A DNA stretch of 62,603 bases, the filler included. It is 9 parts of 9 records of this genome, joined end to end, with 100 filler letters (N's around TTAATTAATTAA, not from the genome) between each part and the next. Parts side by side here need not be neighbours in the genome. Positions count along the whole stretch, not along the records: positions 14,208 to 29,669 come from SRR20825010_444; positions 29,770 to 47,538 come from SRR20825010_445; 7 more parts are not named here. One strand, given 5' to 3'. The translations under genes and the position numbers were made by a program. Every line of letters begins with the position of its first letter. Position 1 is the first letter of the stretch. The notes under the pieces are model-generated. The model had not been told where the DNA came from, searched no databases, and saw nothing but the letters and a program-made list of their open reading frames with translations. This document shows positions 20,860 to 30,457 of the stretch, piece after piece.

Positions 20860-20868
20860 GGAATTCGC

Positions 20869-21906
20869 ATGGCCGATGATGATCTCGCCGCCGAATGGGA
20901 GGCGATGGGTGAAGACGATGAAGATGATGTTGGTGGCGGCAGTGGTACAGGCGCCCGAGTCCTAAACCAGGACGAAATCGACTCTCTTCTCGGATTTGAC
21001 GAAGGCGCCGGCGGTGATGGCGATACCTCCGGTATCCAGGCCATCGTCAATTCGGCTCTGGTCTCCTATGAACGTCTTCCGATGCTTGAGGTCGTGTTCG
21101 ACCGTCTCGTCCGGATGATGTCGACCAGCCTGCGTAACTTTACCTCAGATAACGTTGAGGTCTCGCTCGACAACATCACCTCCATTCGCTTCGGCGATTA
21201 TCTGAACTCGATCCCGCTACCGGCGATGCTGAGCGTGTTCAAGGCGGAGGAATGGGACAATTACGGCCTGCTTGTCGTCGATTCGGCTCTGATCTATTCC
21301 ATCGTGGACGTGCTGCTCGGCGGTCGCCGGGGCACGGCGGCGATGCGTATTGAAGGCCGTCCCTACACCACGATCGAACGCAATCTGGTGGAACGGATGG
21401 TCACGGTTGTGCTGAGCGATCTGTCTGCCGCGTTCGATCCGTTGAGTCCGGTGACATTCCGGTTCGACCGGCTGGAAACCAACCCGCGATTCGCCACGAT
21501 TGCCCGGCCCGCCAATGCGGCGGTGCTGGCGCGCCTTCGTATCGATATGGAAGATCGCGGCGGGCGCCTTGAGCTGATGCTTCCCTATGCAACCCTTGAG
21601 CCGGTTCGCGAGCTGCTTCTGCAGATGTTCATGGGGGAGAAATTCGGCCGTGACTCGATCTGGGAAACTCACTTGGCGAACGAGCTGTGGGCAACGGATA
21701 TCGAGCTTGAAGCCGTGCTGGACCAGGTCGTCCTGTCGCTCAACGATGTCCTGAACTGGAAGCCGGGCACGAAGCTGTTGCTGAACGCCAGTCCGAAATC
21801 GACAATCGACATGCGGTGCGGCGACGTTCCGCTCTTTGTCGGCGGAATGGGGCAGAGGAACGGCAATATCGCGGTCAAGATCAAGCAGAAGCTGCGAAAG
21901 ATGTAG
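20869..21906 (+). CDS. fliM: Flagellar motor switch protein FliM
   Basis: VLNQDEIDSLL CheY-binding motif, YERLPMLEVVFDRL, GRPYTTIE, ETNPRF. Confidence 0.98.
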   Translation: MADDDLAAEWEAMGEDDEDDVGGGSGTGARVLNQDEIDSLLGFDEGAGGDGDTSGIQAIVNSALVSYERLPMLEVVFDRLVRMMSTSLRNFTSDNVEVSLDNITSIRFGDYLNSIPLPAMLSVFKAEEWDNYGLLVVDSALIYSIVDVLLGGRRGTAAMRIEGRPYTTIERNLVERMVTVVLSDLSAAFDPLSPVTFRFDRLETNPRFATIARPANAAVLARLRIDMEDRGGRLELMLPYATLEPVRELLLQMFMGEKFGRDSIWETHLANELWATDIELEAVLDQVVLSLNDVLNWKPGTKLLLNASPKSTIDMRCGDVPLFVGGMGQRNGNIAVKIKQKLRKM

Positions 21907-21915
21907 GCGGACGGA

Positions 21916-22527
21916 ATGAGCGAAACAATCCTTCCTCTTGTCCTTGATGGCCTCCTGGTGGTGCTGTTGCTGACCACCATCGTCTACGCGATGATCCTGA
22001 ACCGTAAACTGAACCGTCTGCGTGGAAATCACGACGAGATGGAAGTCTTTGTCGACAAGCTGAACGTCGCCTGCGCGCGGGCAGAATCGGCGACGGCGGG
22101 ATTACGGAATGCCGGAGAAAACGGGAAATCCGTATTCAGGGAAGCGGCCTCCAAAGCGGAAGCGCTTCGTGATGAACTTGCTTTTCTTGTGGAGCGTGCA
22201 GATATCGTTTCAGGGCGCCTTGCCAGTGTGAGTGAAGGCACCAAGGTTGTTTCCGCTGAAACCCGCTCTCAGGTTACCGCGGCCCAATCTGCAGCTCCCC
22301 AGTCCGTCGCGGGCCAATCCGCAACGGCAAAATCAGAACAGGGTCGGAAGCCGGGGGCGAAACGCCCGGCTCCCGCCCCGAGACGCGGTCAGGAGGCCGG
22401 ACGTGGCCATGAGATGGGCCGGGCCGGCGCGGGACGGGGAGCTCATCAGGCAGATGAATCAGCCTCAGGATCGCCCCGGTCGGAAGCTGAGGAAGAGCTG
22501 CTGAAAGCACTGAGGAACGCACGCTGA
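21916..22527 (+). CDS. Membrane-anchored coiled-coil flagellar protein (DUF6468-like)
   Basis: N-terminal TM, ILNRKLNRLR, coiled coil, C-terminal RSEAEEELLKAL. Confidence 0.7.
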   Translation: MSETILPLVLDGLLVVLLLTTIVYAMILNRKLNRLRGNHDEMEVFVDKLNVACARAESATAGLRNAGENGKSVFREAASKAEALRDELAFLVERADIVSGRLASVSEGTKVVSAETRSQVTAAQSAAPQSVAGQSATAKSEQGRKPGAKRPAPAPRRGQEAGRGHEMGRAGAGRGAHQADESASGSPRSEAEEELLKALRNAR

Positions 22528-23393
22528 TGGCATATGACAGACAGGGACGGAAAGCAGCTGCAGTGCAGCTGCCAGACGCAGATGAGCAAATCGCGACCCC
22601 GAATGCAGCCCGCGTGCAGGGCGGTCATGCCGTCAGGGGCAGGGCGCCGGCACGGCGCGCTGCGGGAAAGGCATCGGCTCCTCAGGAACAGCGTCAGGCC
22701 GGGACACCGCGCAAACTTGTCAGGCGCTCGGGTGCCTTTGTACGCGTTCTTCCGGTTGTGGTCGTCGTTGCCCTGTTTCTTATGGGCGTAAAGGTTGTTG
22801 GCATCTGGGACGTTCTCAAGAACGGGAAGTCGCCGGTCAGTGTCGCGGCTTTTGCCGAGGCGGATAGCCCTGCGCCATCTTCAGACAAAGCGGAAAATAC
22901 TCTCGATTCGCAACAGTTGGCCCAGGCAACGGAGCCGGCGAAAGGCGATGACGGAGACAAACCGCTCGACCCCGTTCTCTTCACACGCTCGGAAATCGAG
23001 CTGCTGCAGGATCTGTCCAAGCGGCGCAAGGAGCTGGATGCGCGCGAGCAGACCGTGATCCAGAAAGAAGGACTGCTGACCGCGGCTGAAGACCGGATCG
23101 ACAAGAAAATTGTCGAACTGCAGAAGGTCAGGACGGAAATCGAAGGTCTGATCAAGACCTACGACGAGCAGGAAGAGGGTGAAATCAAGGGACTCGTGCA
23201 GATTTACGAGAAAATGAAGCCAAAAGACGCGGCGCGTATTTTCGACGAGCTGGACATGGATATCCTGCTCCGGGTCTTTGATCGGATGAAGGCGTCGAAG
23301 TCCGCGTCCGTGCTGGCCAATATGCGGCCGCAAAAAGCCAAAGAAGTAACGTCGCGAATCGCAGAACGCAGAACTATCCCCACCACCAACTGA
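22527..23393 (+). CDS. motE: MotE family protein
   Basis: TM, coiled coil, LVQIYEKMKPKDAARIF, VLANMRP. Confidence 0.8.
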   Translation: MAYDRQGRKAAAVQLPDADEQIATPNAARVQGGHAVRGRAPARRAAGKASAPQEQRQAGTPRKLVRRSGAFVRVLPVVVVVALFLMGVKVVGIWDVLKNGKSPVSVAAFAEADSPAPSSDKAENTLDSQQLAQATEPAKGDDGDKPLDPVLFTRSEIELLQDLSKRRKELDAREQTVIQKEGLLTAAEDRIDKKIVELQKVRTEIEGLIKTYDEQEEGEIKGLVQIYEKMKPKDAARIFDELDMDILLRVFDRMKASKSASVLANMRPQKAKEVTSRIAERRTIPTTN

Positions 23394-23486
23394 TTATGCC
23401 GTACAAATTGTATGTCTATGAAGGCTGAATCAGACTTTGCTTGCCGAGAACGTCCAATTCGCAGTATTCCATCGGGATATCAGGCA

Positions 23487-23502
23487 TTAACGACCTTTTA
23501 AC
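23487..23502. promoter_or_regulatory. CtrA binding site upstream of cheY
   Basis: TTAA-cgacctt-TTAAC, perfect consensus. Confidence 0.8.
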
Positions 23503-23582
23503 AGGATTGCTGTTAGTGTCTGAGAGTTGGTTAATCGAAAGCTGGGCGGGGCCCGGCCTTTAAAAAAAGTGGAGAGGTGCCG

Positions 23583-23972
23583 ATGGCTGTCGACAAGGGC
23601 ATGCGGATTCTCATTGTCGATGACTACAAGACAATGTTGCGCATTATTCGGAACCTTCTTAAGCAGCTTGGTTTCAATAATGTGGATGAAGCAAGCGATG
23701 GCAGTGCCGCCTTGCAGATTCTGCGCCGCGGCGATGAATACGGTCTTGTGATCTCCGACTGGAACATGGAACCGATGACGGGCTTGCAGTTGCTTAAGGA
23801 AGTCCGGGCCGATGCAAAGCTGAAAAGCACTCCGTTCATTATGGTCACGGCCGAGAGCAAGACGGAGAACGTTGTGGCGGCGAAGCAGGCCGGGGTGAAC
23901 AATTATATTGTTAAGCCTTTCAATGCAGAGACGCTGAAGACGAAGATGACTGCGGTTATCGGAGCCTTCTGA
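23583..23972 (+). CDS. cheY: Chemotaxis response regulator CheY
   Basis: ILIVDD, ISDWNMEPMTG, MVTAE, YIVKPF. Confidence 0.95.
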   Translation: MAVDKGMRILIVDDYKTMLRIIRNLLKQLGFNNVDEASDGSAALQILRRGDEYGLVISDWNMEPMTGLQLLKEVRADAKLKSTPFIMVTAESKTENVVAAKQAGVNNYIVKPFNAETLKTKMTAVIGAF

Positions 23973-24016
23973 TCTGGCAACGCTCTGGTACCGGATTCCG
24001 CGCGGGGGATTTTTTT

Positions 24017-24487
24017 ATGAGTGAAAAAGAAATCCGCGAGGATCTGTTGCCGGAAGCGGCGCGGGAACTTGATGCCATGGCCTTGGTTGCCGAAGAGGCA
24101 GCCGAGAGAATCCTGACCGCCGTCGAAAAGATCGACGAGTTGCGGGACGGTATGACCGAAGCGGTTTCGGCAGCTGTGGGCGAGGCTATTGTCGAAATTT
24201 TCGAGGCTTGCGGTTTCCAGGATTTGACGGGCCAAAGGGTCGGCCGAATCCACAAGACACTTGATGGCGTCGCGGATCGGGTCGAGGCTGTATTGTCCCA
24301 TACGGGCCACGGTCACGGCGATCCTTCATCCGGGACGAAAAGAAATCGTGACAAGCACCCAGAAAATGTAGAAAAATCAGGCAGTGAACCGTTCTCAGAA
24401 GAGGGTTTGTTGAACGGTCCTCAGCTGCCTTCCGATGCTAAGACACAGGAAGAAATTGATGCGCTGATGGACCAACTCAACAAGTAG
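24017..24487 (+). CDS. CheZ-like phosphatase
   Basis: EACGFQDLTGQRV (DxxxQ), LLNGPQL, C-terminal TQEEIDALM; follows cheY. Confidence 0.8.
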   Translation: MSEKEIREDLLPEAARELDAMALVAEEAAERILTAVEKIDELRDGMTEAVSAAVGEAIVEIFEACGFQDLTGQRVGRIHKTLDGVADRVEAVLSHTGHGHGDPSSGTKRNRDKHPENVEKSGSEPFSEEGLLNGPQLPSDAKTQEEIDALMDQLNK

Positions 24488-24490
24488 TCT

Positions 24491-25132
24491 ATGGCGCAAG
24501 GCGAAGATAAGGCGCGTGGTGCAAGCCAGCTCGGTAGCTTGCCGTTATTTCTGAGCCTGTTCTTGCTCCTTCTCGCGTTTTTCATTTTTTTAAATTCAAT
24601 CTCTACCCGCCAGTCGGGCAAGAGTGACGACGTGCTCGATAGTGTGCGTTCGAGCTTTGCGTCCGTGCTGCAGGGCGGTACCGGAACAGGTGTCTTCGAG
24701 GGCGAGCCCGGCAAAGTGGATGACGCAGGGCTGCGGGATCAGTTGCTTGAAGCCTTCAACCCGTTGTTGAGCGAGATGCAAGCCGTTCGGGAGAGGACGG
24801 GAAATCCTTTTTATGTCGATTTTCAATCCGGCCGCCTGTTCGAGGGCGATCGGATCGATCCCGTGTTTGAGTTTCGCGATTTTGCAAAACGTGTTTCTGC
24901 CGTACTGGCATTGAAGACGGCGCGCGACGGAGTCGAGCTCCGATTCTGGTTCGATACACCGTCCCCCGGCGCCGAAATGGTTCTGGCCCGGCAGCGGGCG
25001 GCCCGGCTCGCCGAAATCATGATCGGCTCCGGAACATCCCGGGAGAGTGTTTCCATCGGATTCCGTGCGTTGCCCGGCCCGGGTACTGTGCGTTTTGCCG
25101 TTCATCTGGGTGCTGAAGGGCGTGCCCAATGA
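24491..25132 (+). CDS. Degenerate MotB-like protein
   Basis: TM LFLSLFLLLLAFFIFLNSIS, remnant OmpA-like LARQRAARLA; no Asp in the TM. Confidence 0.6.
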   Translation: MAQGEDKARGASQLGSLPLFLSLFLLLLAFFIFLNSISTRQSGKSDDVLDSVRSSFASVLQGGTGTGVFEGEPGKVDDAGLRDQLLEAFNPLLSEMQAVRERTGNPFYVDFQSGRLFEGDRIDPVFEFRDFAKRVSAVLALKTARDGVELRFWFDTPSPGAEMVLARQRAARLAEIMIGSGTSRESVSIGFRALPGPGTVRFAVHLGAEGRAQ

Positions 25133-25848
25133 GAGGGGCAGCGGCACGGCGAAACCGTCGTGGAGAGAAACAGGGCGTCACCTGGATGCTGACCTTTGTC
25201 GATCTGGTGTCGCTCTTGCTCGCGTTTTTCGTCTTGCTGTTTTCGATGACATCGCCGGACGCACCGCAATGGGAATCCTTCACGGCTTCCCTGCGGTCCG
25301 CCTTTTCCACCGAATCTAAAATACGGGCGCGCGAAGCGCAGATGCCGGAAAGCATCGAGGCCGAGGATCCTGGTCCGGGCTTTGATCTCGGCTATCTGCA
25401 GCGTCTTCTGGAAGTGGCAATGGCCCGCGATGCCATCCTGCGGGATGCGACGATTACGACGAAGAACGGCCGTCTCGTACTGTCCATGGCCAGCGACGTA
25501 TTTTTCCGGCCGGGGTCGGCGACGTTGCAATCCTCCGGTGAGAGTGCGTTATTCAACCTGGCTGTCGCGCTGTCCCAGATCGACAACCGGATCGACATTG
25601 TCGGTCATACGGACCCCCGGCCATTTACCTCTCCATCAGGGGAGTTCCGTTCGAATTGGGATCTATCGCTTGCCCGTGCTCTATCCGTTGCGGATACACT
25701 CCAGCGGTTCGGCTATCGAAAGCCTGTCGAGGTGAGGGGCGCTGCCGATGGCAAGTTTGGGGAGATTGACACATCATTGCCGCTCGAAGACCAATATCGC
25801 CGGGCACGGCGGGTGGATCTTGTGATCTATCACGAGAGGGACCGGTGA
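25129..25848 (+). CDS. motB: Flagellar stator protein MotB
   Basis: WMLTFVDLVSLLLAFFVLLFSM, GHTD, NWDLSLARA, RRVDL. Confidence 0.9.
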   Translation: MRGAAARRNRRGEKQGVTWMLTFVDLVSLLLAFFVLLFSMTSPDAPQWESFTASLRSAFSTESKIRAREAQMPESIEAEDPGPGFDLGYLQRLLEVAMARDAILRDATITTKNGRLVLSMASDVFFRPGSATLQSSGESALFNLAVALSQIDNRIDIVGHTDPRPFTSPSGEFRSNWDLSLARALSVADTLQRFGYRKPVEVRGAADGKFGEIDTSLPLEDQYRRARRVDLVIYHERDR

Positions 25849-28800
25849 TGATGCGGCAGTCTGAACAGGTGCGCACAAACCGCCGTTCCGGAAGCTGTTC
25901 CTGGATGGCGCTCTCCATGATTCGCAGCGTGGCGGTACTGTGTCTGATGCTGGCGACTTTGGCATCGGCCGGGGCGCAGACTGTCGGTATTTCCAGCGGA
26001 AGCACGAATGGCGTCGACAGCCTGCGGTTTGACTGGCCGGCCCGGGTTGGGTACGAGGCACAAAAATTCGGAAACACCCTGGCCATTGTGTTCGATCGTT
26101 CGCTCTCCGCCGATTTTGGGCCGGTGGCGAGCGGAGTCGGGGATTTTGTTTCCGGCGTCAGTCTTGATGACGATAACCGGACAGTACTGATCGACCTCAC
26201 CGGCAATCCGCGTTTCCGCTCGAGACGGGCCGGAAATTCGGTGATTCTGGAATTTTTCGACAGGAATGCTCCCGCTCCGGCAGCCGCGCCCGCGCCTGCT
26301 CCGGCCCAGCAGGCAGCTCCTGCTCCGTCCCCTGTTCCAGCTCCGGCTCGGCAGCCTGCCTCTACTCCGGCAGCAGCGCCCGCGCCGAATGCCCCTCCGC
26401 CGGCCAGACCCAGACCGCCGAACGTGCCGGAATTGTCGGTGCGCACCGGAACGCACGATAATTTTTACCGCTTCGTTTTCGACTGGACGCAACAAACGCC
26501 CTATAGCGTCTCGGAGCATCCGGATCGCGCGGTGATCCGGTTCGAAAACCCGGCCTGGATCAATGATGACGAGGTCCGGCGGTACATTCCGGAGCGCTTC
26601 AAGAGTTTCAGTTCCGTTCCGGGGAGTAACGGGATCGACGTCACGATTCCGCTTCAGGCGCGCGCAGGCGTCCGGCATTTCACGACTGGAACACGGATTG
26701 TTCTGGATGTGGTGAACGGGGGGGAGCCGAGCCGGACGGGGGTATCTGCCTCCTCTACGGAGCCTGCCGTGCCCACGCCCAGAGCTGCCCCGACGGCGCC
26801 GGTGACAGCGGCTGTTCCGGAAAGTCAGGCGACAGATTCCGCAAAGCAAGCGGCAGCTCAGTTCGGATTGCAGCCACAACCTGGTGCTCCGGCTGCCCTG
26901 CCTCCGGCAACTGCTGCGCCTGCGCAACAGGAGAATGCGGCAGATACCGGAGGTGCTGGACAGGCTTCGACGGATCCAGCAAACGCGGCGCCTTCCGCCG
27001 CGTCCGTGCGGGCACAGGATACGGCGCCGGGACGTTCAGGGGAGGTCGAACCCGAAGCTTTCGGAACCGCAACACGATTGCAGGATATCGACCTTAATCG
27101 CTCGGTGCAGAATGGCGAATCCCTGGTTGCAAGCCTGAGCAAGGGAAATCCGGCGACAATTGAAGGTCCGGTCATCCCGGTTTCGGCATCCCAGGATAAC
27201 AATGTTGTCTCGGTCCGTTTCGAATGGACCCAACCGGTTCCCGCTGCGGTGTTTACACGTGCCGGATATGTGTGGGTGGTTTTCGGAGCGCCCGCCCGCT
27301 TCGATCTGGCGGGTATCAACAGTGCCGACTATCAGTTGTTTGGCGAGAAGACCCAAATTCCCGTCACTGGTGGCTCGGCTGTTCGGTTTCCCACCGTCGA
27401 GGGTGTCAATCCAAGGGTCTGGCGTGACAACGCCGTCTGGATCGTTGACTTCCGTCCGCAGAACAGCCGTCCGGATGTACCGTTGCGGGTGGATACCCAG
27501 CTTGTCAGCGCACAGGGGCCGCGTGTTTTTATTCCGCTTGAGGATCACGGCTCGACCGTCATCATCAGGGACCCCGAGATCGGTGATCAGTTGTTTGTCG
27601 TCCCGGTTGCGTCTCTTAGCCGTGGCGTCGACGGCCTTCGGCAATTCACCGAGTTCAATCTTCTGAATTCGGCACAAGGCCTGGTCGTTCAGCCTTTGGC
27701 GGACGATGTAACCATCCGCTCCCTGCCGGATGGTGTTGCCATCACGAAACCCGATGGGTTGACGATTTCCCGCAATGTCCAGCAATCGGCTGATGATCAG
27801 GTCGCGCAGCGTATCGACGGATTGCCGCCAGGACTTGCTCCGGGCCGGATCTTCGATTTCAGCAGTTGGCGGAAGGGCGGGACGGATCGGTTCCTGCAGG
27901 AAAAGCAGGCGATCCAGAGGCGGATTTCGGAAGCGACAAGTATCGCGCGCAGTGGCCCCCGGCTTGAGCTGGCCCATTTCTACTTCGCGCATGGCCTTTC
28001 CGCTGAAGCCATGGGGTTGCTTCGCACCATTGAGGTCGAGGATGAGGACCTTTCCCGGCGCCCGGACGTAAAAGCTTTGCGCGGCGCGGCCCAGTTCATG
28101 CTGGGGCGCTACAAGGAAGCGGAAGAAGATCTGATGGACCGCAATCTGAGCGGTCTGGCGGAAGCGGAGCTCTGGCGCGGAGCGACGAAGGCATCCCAGG
28201 GCCGCTGGCCGGAGGCTGTTGAACACTTTGCTCGTGCGGGTGAAATACCGGGCGGATACCCACGGAACATTGCCACACAGATGGCTTTGCTCGCGGCTGA
28301 AGCGGCAATCCGGGCCGGCGATTATCGCGGTGCCGGCGCTTTCATCGATGTTGTCGCGGACGGCCAGCCAACACCTGGTGAGCAAGCCCGTTTGAATTAC
28401 CTGCGGGGGCGGGTGCTTTACGCATCGGGCGATATAGATACGGCGCTGGATTATTGGCGCCGCCTGTCCCAGGGGCTGGATCGCTGGTCACGGGTCCGTG
28501 CCGAGCGGGCGCTGATCGAACATGGCCTGAGAGCTGGCCAGATCAGCCGTATCGATGCCATCGCCGGGCTTGAGAGCCTGCGCTACACATGGCGCGGCGA
28601 TCAGGTAGAGTTCGATCTGCTCCGGGAACTCGGCAAGCTCTATCTGGAAGAAAACGAATATGTCGATGGCTTGAACGCGTTGCGTGAAGCCGTGACGTTC
28701 TTCCCTGAAAACCTCTACGCGGAACAGGTCGCGGAGGAGATGACGGACGCCTTCACCCGGATATTCACGGAGGGAGAATCAGACAAGATGACCCCGATCC

Positions 28801-29555
28801 AGGCACTGTCTCTCTACGATCAATTCCGCGAGCTGACCCCAGTTGGTGTTCGTGGAGACGAGATCATTCAGAGACTGGCCGACCGTCTGGTTCAGGTCGA
28901 TCTGCTGGATCGTGCATCGATTCTTCTGGAACGTCAGGTGAAGTTCCGTCTGCAGGGCGGCGACAAGGCGCGTGTCGGTGCCCGGCTCGCTTTGATCCGC
29001 CTGCTGGACCGCCGGCCGGAAGAAGCTCTTGCCGCTTTGGACGAAAGCGTTGCTCCCGGTATCGGCGCGGAGCTGGCGCTGGAGCGCAAACGTCTGCGTG
29101 CCCGTGCGGAGTTTGAGCTGGGAGATGCGGACGGCGCATTGAGGCTGCTTTCCCGCGATCAGAGCCATGATGCGGACTTGCTGCGTGCAGATATTTTCTG
29201 GCGGACCCAGCGTTGGGCCCAGGCTGCCGAGGTTTTCCAGCGTCTTGTCGGGCGATCCGGTCAGGACGGGCGCCGGATCGACGAGCGGGCGGCAACGCTG
29301 ATCCTGAATTGGGCCGTGTCTCTTTCTCTGAGCAACAATCTGGAGCAGTTGAGCCGGGTCCGGCAGATCTTCACCCAGCAGATGGACAACACACCGTTCC
29401 GAGAGGCTTTCCGGCTGATTACCAACAAGACCGAGGGGGATCTGGACGACTTCCGGACTTTGGCGGACCGGTTCGGAGAGATTGGCCGGTTTCAGGCTTT
29501 CCTGACGTCCTATCGCGATCGCCTTAAAGACAAGCCGTTGAGCTCGACCAACTAG
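25845..29555 (+). CDS. Large exported TPR-like protein with three repeated N-terminal beta domains (start uncertain)
   Basis: Signal-like segment ending ASAGAQ; LRFDW/FVFDW/VRFEW repeats; Pro-Ala linkers; helical repeats in C-terminal half. Confidence 0.8.
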   Translation: MMMRQSEQVRTNRRSGSCSWMALSMIRSVAVLCLMLATLASAGAQTVGISSGSTNGVDSLRFDWPARVGYEAQKFGNTLAIVFDRSLSADFGPVASGVGDFVSGVSLDDDNRTVLIDLTGNPRFRSRRAGNSVILEFFDRNAPAPAAAPAPAPAQQAAPAPSPVPAPARQPASTPAAAPAPNAPPPARPRPPNVPELSVRTGTHDNFYRFVFDWTQQTPYSVSEHPDRAVIRFENPAWINDDEVRRYIPERFKSFSSVPGSNGIDVTIPLQARAGVRHFTTGTRIVLDVVNGGEPSRTGVSASSTEPAVPTPRAAPTAPVTAAVPESQATDSAKQAAAQFGLQPQPGAPAALPPATAAPAQQENAADTGGAGQASTDPANAAPSAASVRAQDTAPGRSGEVEPEAFGTATRLQDIDLNRSVQNGESLVASLSKGNPATIEGPVIPVSASQDNNVVSVRFEWTQPVPAAVFTRAGYVWVVFGAPARFDLAGINSADYQLFGEKTQIPVTGGSAVRFPTVEGVNPRVWRDNAVWIVDFRPQNSRPDVPLRVDTQLVSAQGPRVFIPLEDHGSTVIIRDPEIGDQLFVVPVASLSRGVDGLRQFTEFNLLNSAQGLVVQPLADDVTIRSLPDGVAITKPDGLTISRNVQQSADDQVAQRIDGLPPGLAPGRIFDFSSWRKGGTDRFLQEKQAIQRRISEATSIARSGPRLELAHFYFAHGLSAEAMGLLRTIEVEDEDLSRRPDVKALRGAAQFMLGRYKEAEEDLMDRNLSGLAEAELWRGATKASQGRWPEAVEHFARAGEIPGGYPRNIATQMALLAAEAAIRAGDYRGAGAFIDVVADGQPTPGEQARLNYLRGRVLYASGDIDTALDYWRRLSQGLDRWSRVRAERALIEHGLRAGQISRIDAIAGLESLRYTWRGDQVEFDLLRELGKLYLEENEYVDGLNALREAVTFFPENLYAEQVAEEMTDAFTRIFTEGESDKMTPIQALSLYDQFRELTPVGVRGDEIIQRLADRLVQVDLLDRASILLERQVKFRLQGGDKARVGARLALIRLLDRRPEEALAALDESVAPGIGAELALERKRLRARAEFELGDADGALRLLSRDQSHDADLLRADIFWRTQRWAQAAEVFQRLVGRSGQDGRRIDERAATLILNWAVSLSLSNNLEQLSRVRQIFTQQMDNTPFREAFRLITNKTEGDLDDFRTLADRFGEIGRFQAFLTSYRDRLKDKPLSSTN

Positions 29556-29581
29556 GTGTTGTCTGTGTATCTGGCGCCTGG

Positions 29582-29669
29582 CTAAGAGGCGCCGAAACTG
29601 CGCACGAGACTGCCGGCGATCAGATACCAGCCATCGACCAGAACAAAGAAGATCAGCTTGAAGGGCAGG
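29582..29669 (-). CDS. fliP: FliP C-terminus (5'-truncated; not in ORF track)
   Basis: Manual translation LPFKLIFFVLVDGWYLIAGSLVRSFGAS*. Confidence 0.93.
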
Positions 29670-29769
29670 NNNNNNNNNNNNNNNNNNNNNNNNNNNNNNN
29701 NNNNNNNNNNNNNTTAATTAATTAANNNNNNNNNNNNNNNNNNNNNNNNNNNNNNNNNNNNNNNNNNNN
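29670..29769. other. Artificial contig linker
   Basis: N-run + TTAATTAATTAA + N-run. Confidence 0.98.
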
Positions 29770-29911
29770 TGTTCGTGATTATCTGGAAGGCGTGCCGGGC
29801 TGGAACAAAAAAGCGCCTGCGCCTACACTTCCACAAGAGATCATTGAAAAAACAGCGGCCAAATACCGTCAGGCCTATGAAATTCTGACTGGCCGCCTTT
29901 GGATTGGATAA
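29770..29911 (+). CDS. purC: SAICAR synthetase C-terminus (5'-truncated; not in ORF track)
   Basis: Manual translation [41 protein letters not shown]; precedes purE. Confidence 0.88.
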
Positions 29912-29915
29912 GCAC

Positions 29916-30440
29916 ATGATTGAAAGCACTCCACATCTGCACACCTCCGACCATCCCAAAGTGGGCGTGGTCATGGGTTCGTCTTCCGACTGGGAAGTGA
30001 TGAAAAACGCCGTGCAGGTGCTGCGCGACTTTGGCGTGGACTATGAAGCCCGTGTGGTTTCTGCCCACCGCATGCCCGATGAAATGTTTGCCTATGCCGA
30101 AACAGCAGCCACCCGTGGCATTCAAGTGATCATTGCAGGCGCGGGTGGGGCTGCCCACTTGCCCGGCATGCTGGCCGCAAAAACCATTGTGCCAGTGATG
30201 GGCGTGCCCGTGCCGTCCAAGTATTTGCGGGGTGAAGACTCCCTGTTGTCCATTGTTCAAATGCCCAAGGGCATTCCGGTGCATACCTTCGCAATCGGCG
30301 AGGCGGGTGCGGCCAATGCTGCATTGGGCGCGGTGGCTATTTTGGCCTTGACCGACACTGAACTGAATCACAAATTGCAGGAATTCCGCGTCAGCCAGTC
30401 CAATGTGGCGCGCGAAATGGAACTGCCCCCATTGCGTTGA
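29916..30440 (+). CDS. purE: N5-CAIR mutase
   Basis: [31 protein letters not shown]. Confidence 0.98.
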   Translation: MIESTPHLHTSDHPKVGVVMGSSSDWEVMKNAVQVLRDFGVDYEARVVSAHRMPDEMFAYAETAATRGIQVIIAGAGGAAHLPGMLAAKTIVPVMGVPVPSKYLRGEDSLLSIVQMPKGIPVHTFAIGEAGAANAALGAVAILALTDTELNHKLQEFRVSQSNVAREMELPPLR

Positions 30441-30457
30441 TTATTTAAACCACACAC

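Noticed and set aside
26265-26420. Repetitive GC-rich tract
   Set aside because: Encodes a Pro/Ala linker; not CRISPR or a VNTR, no spacer structure.
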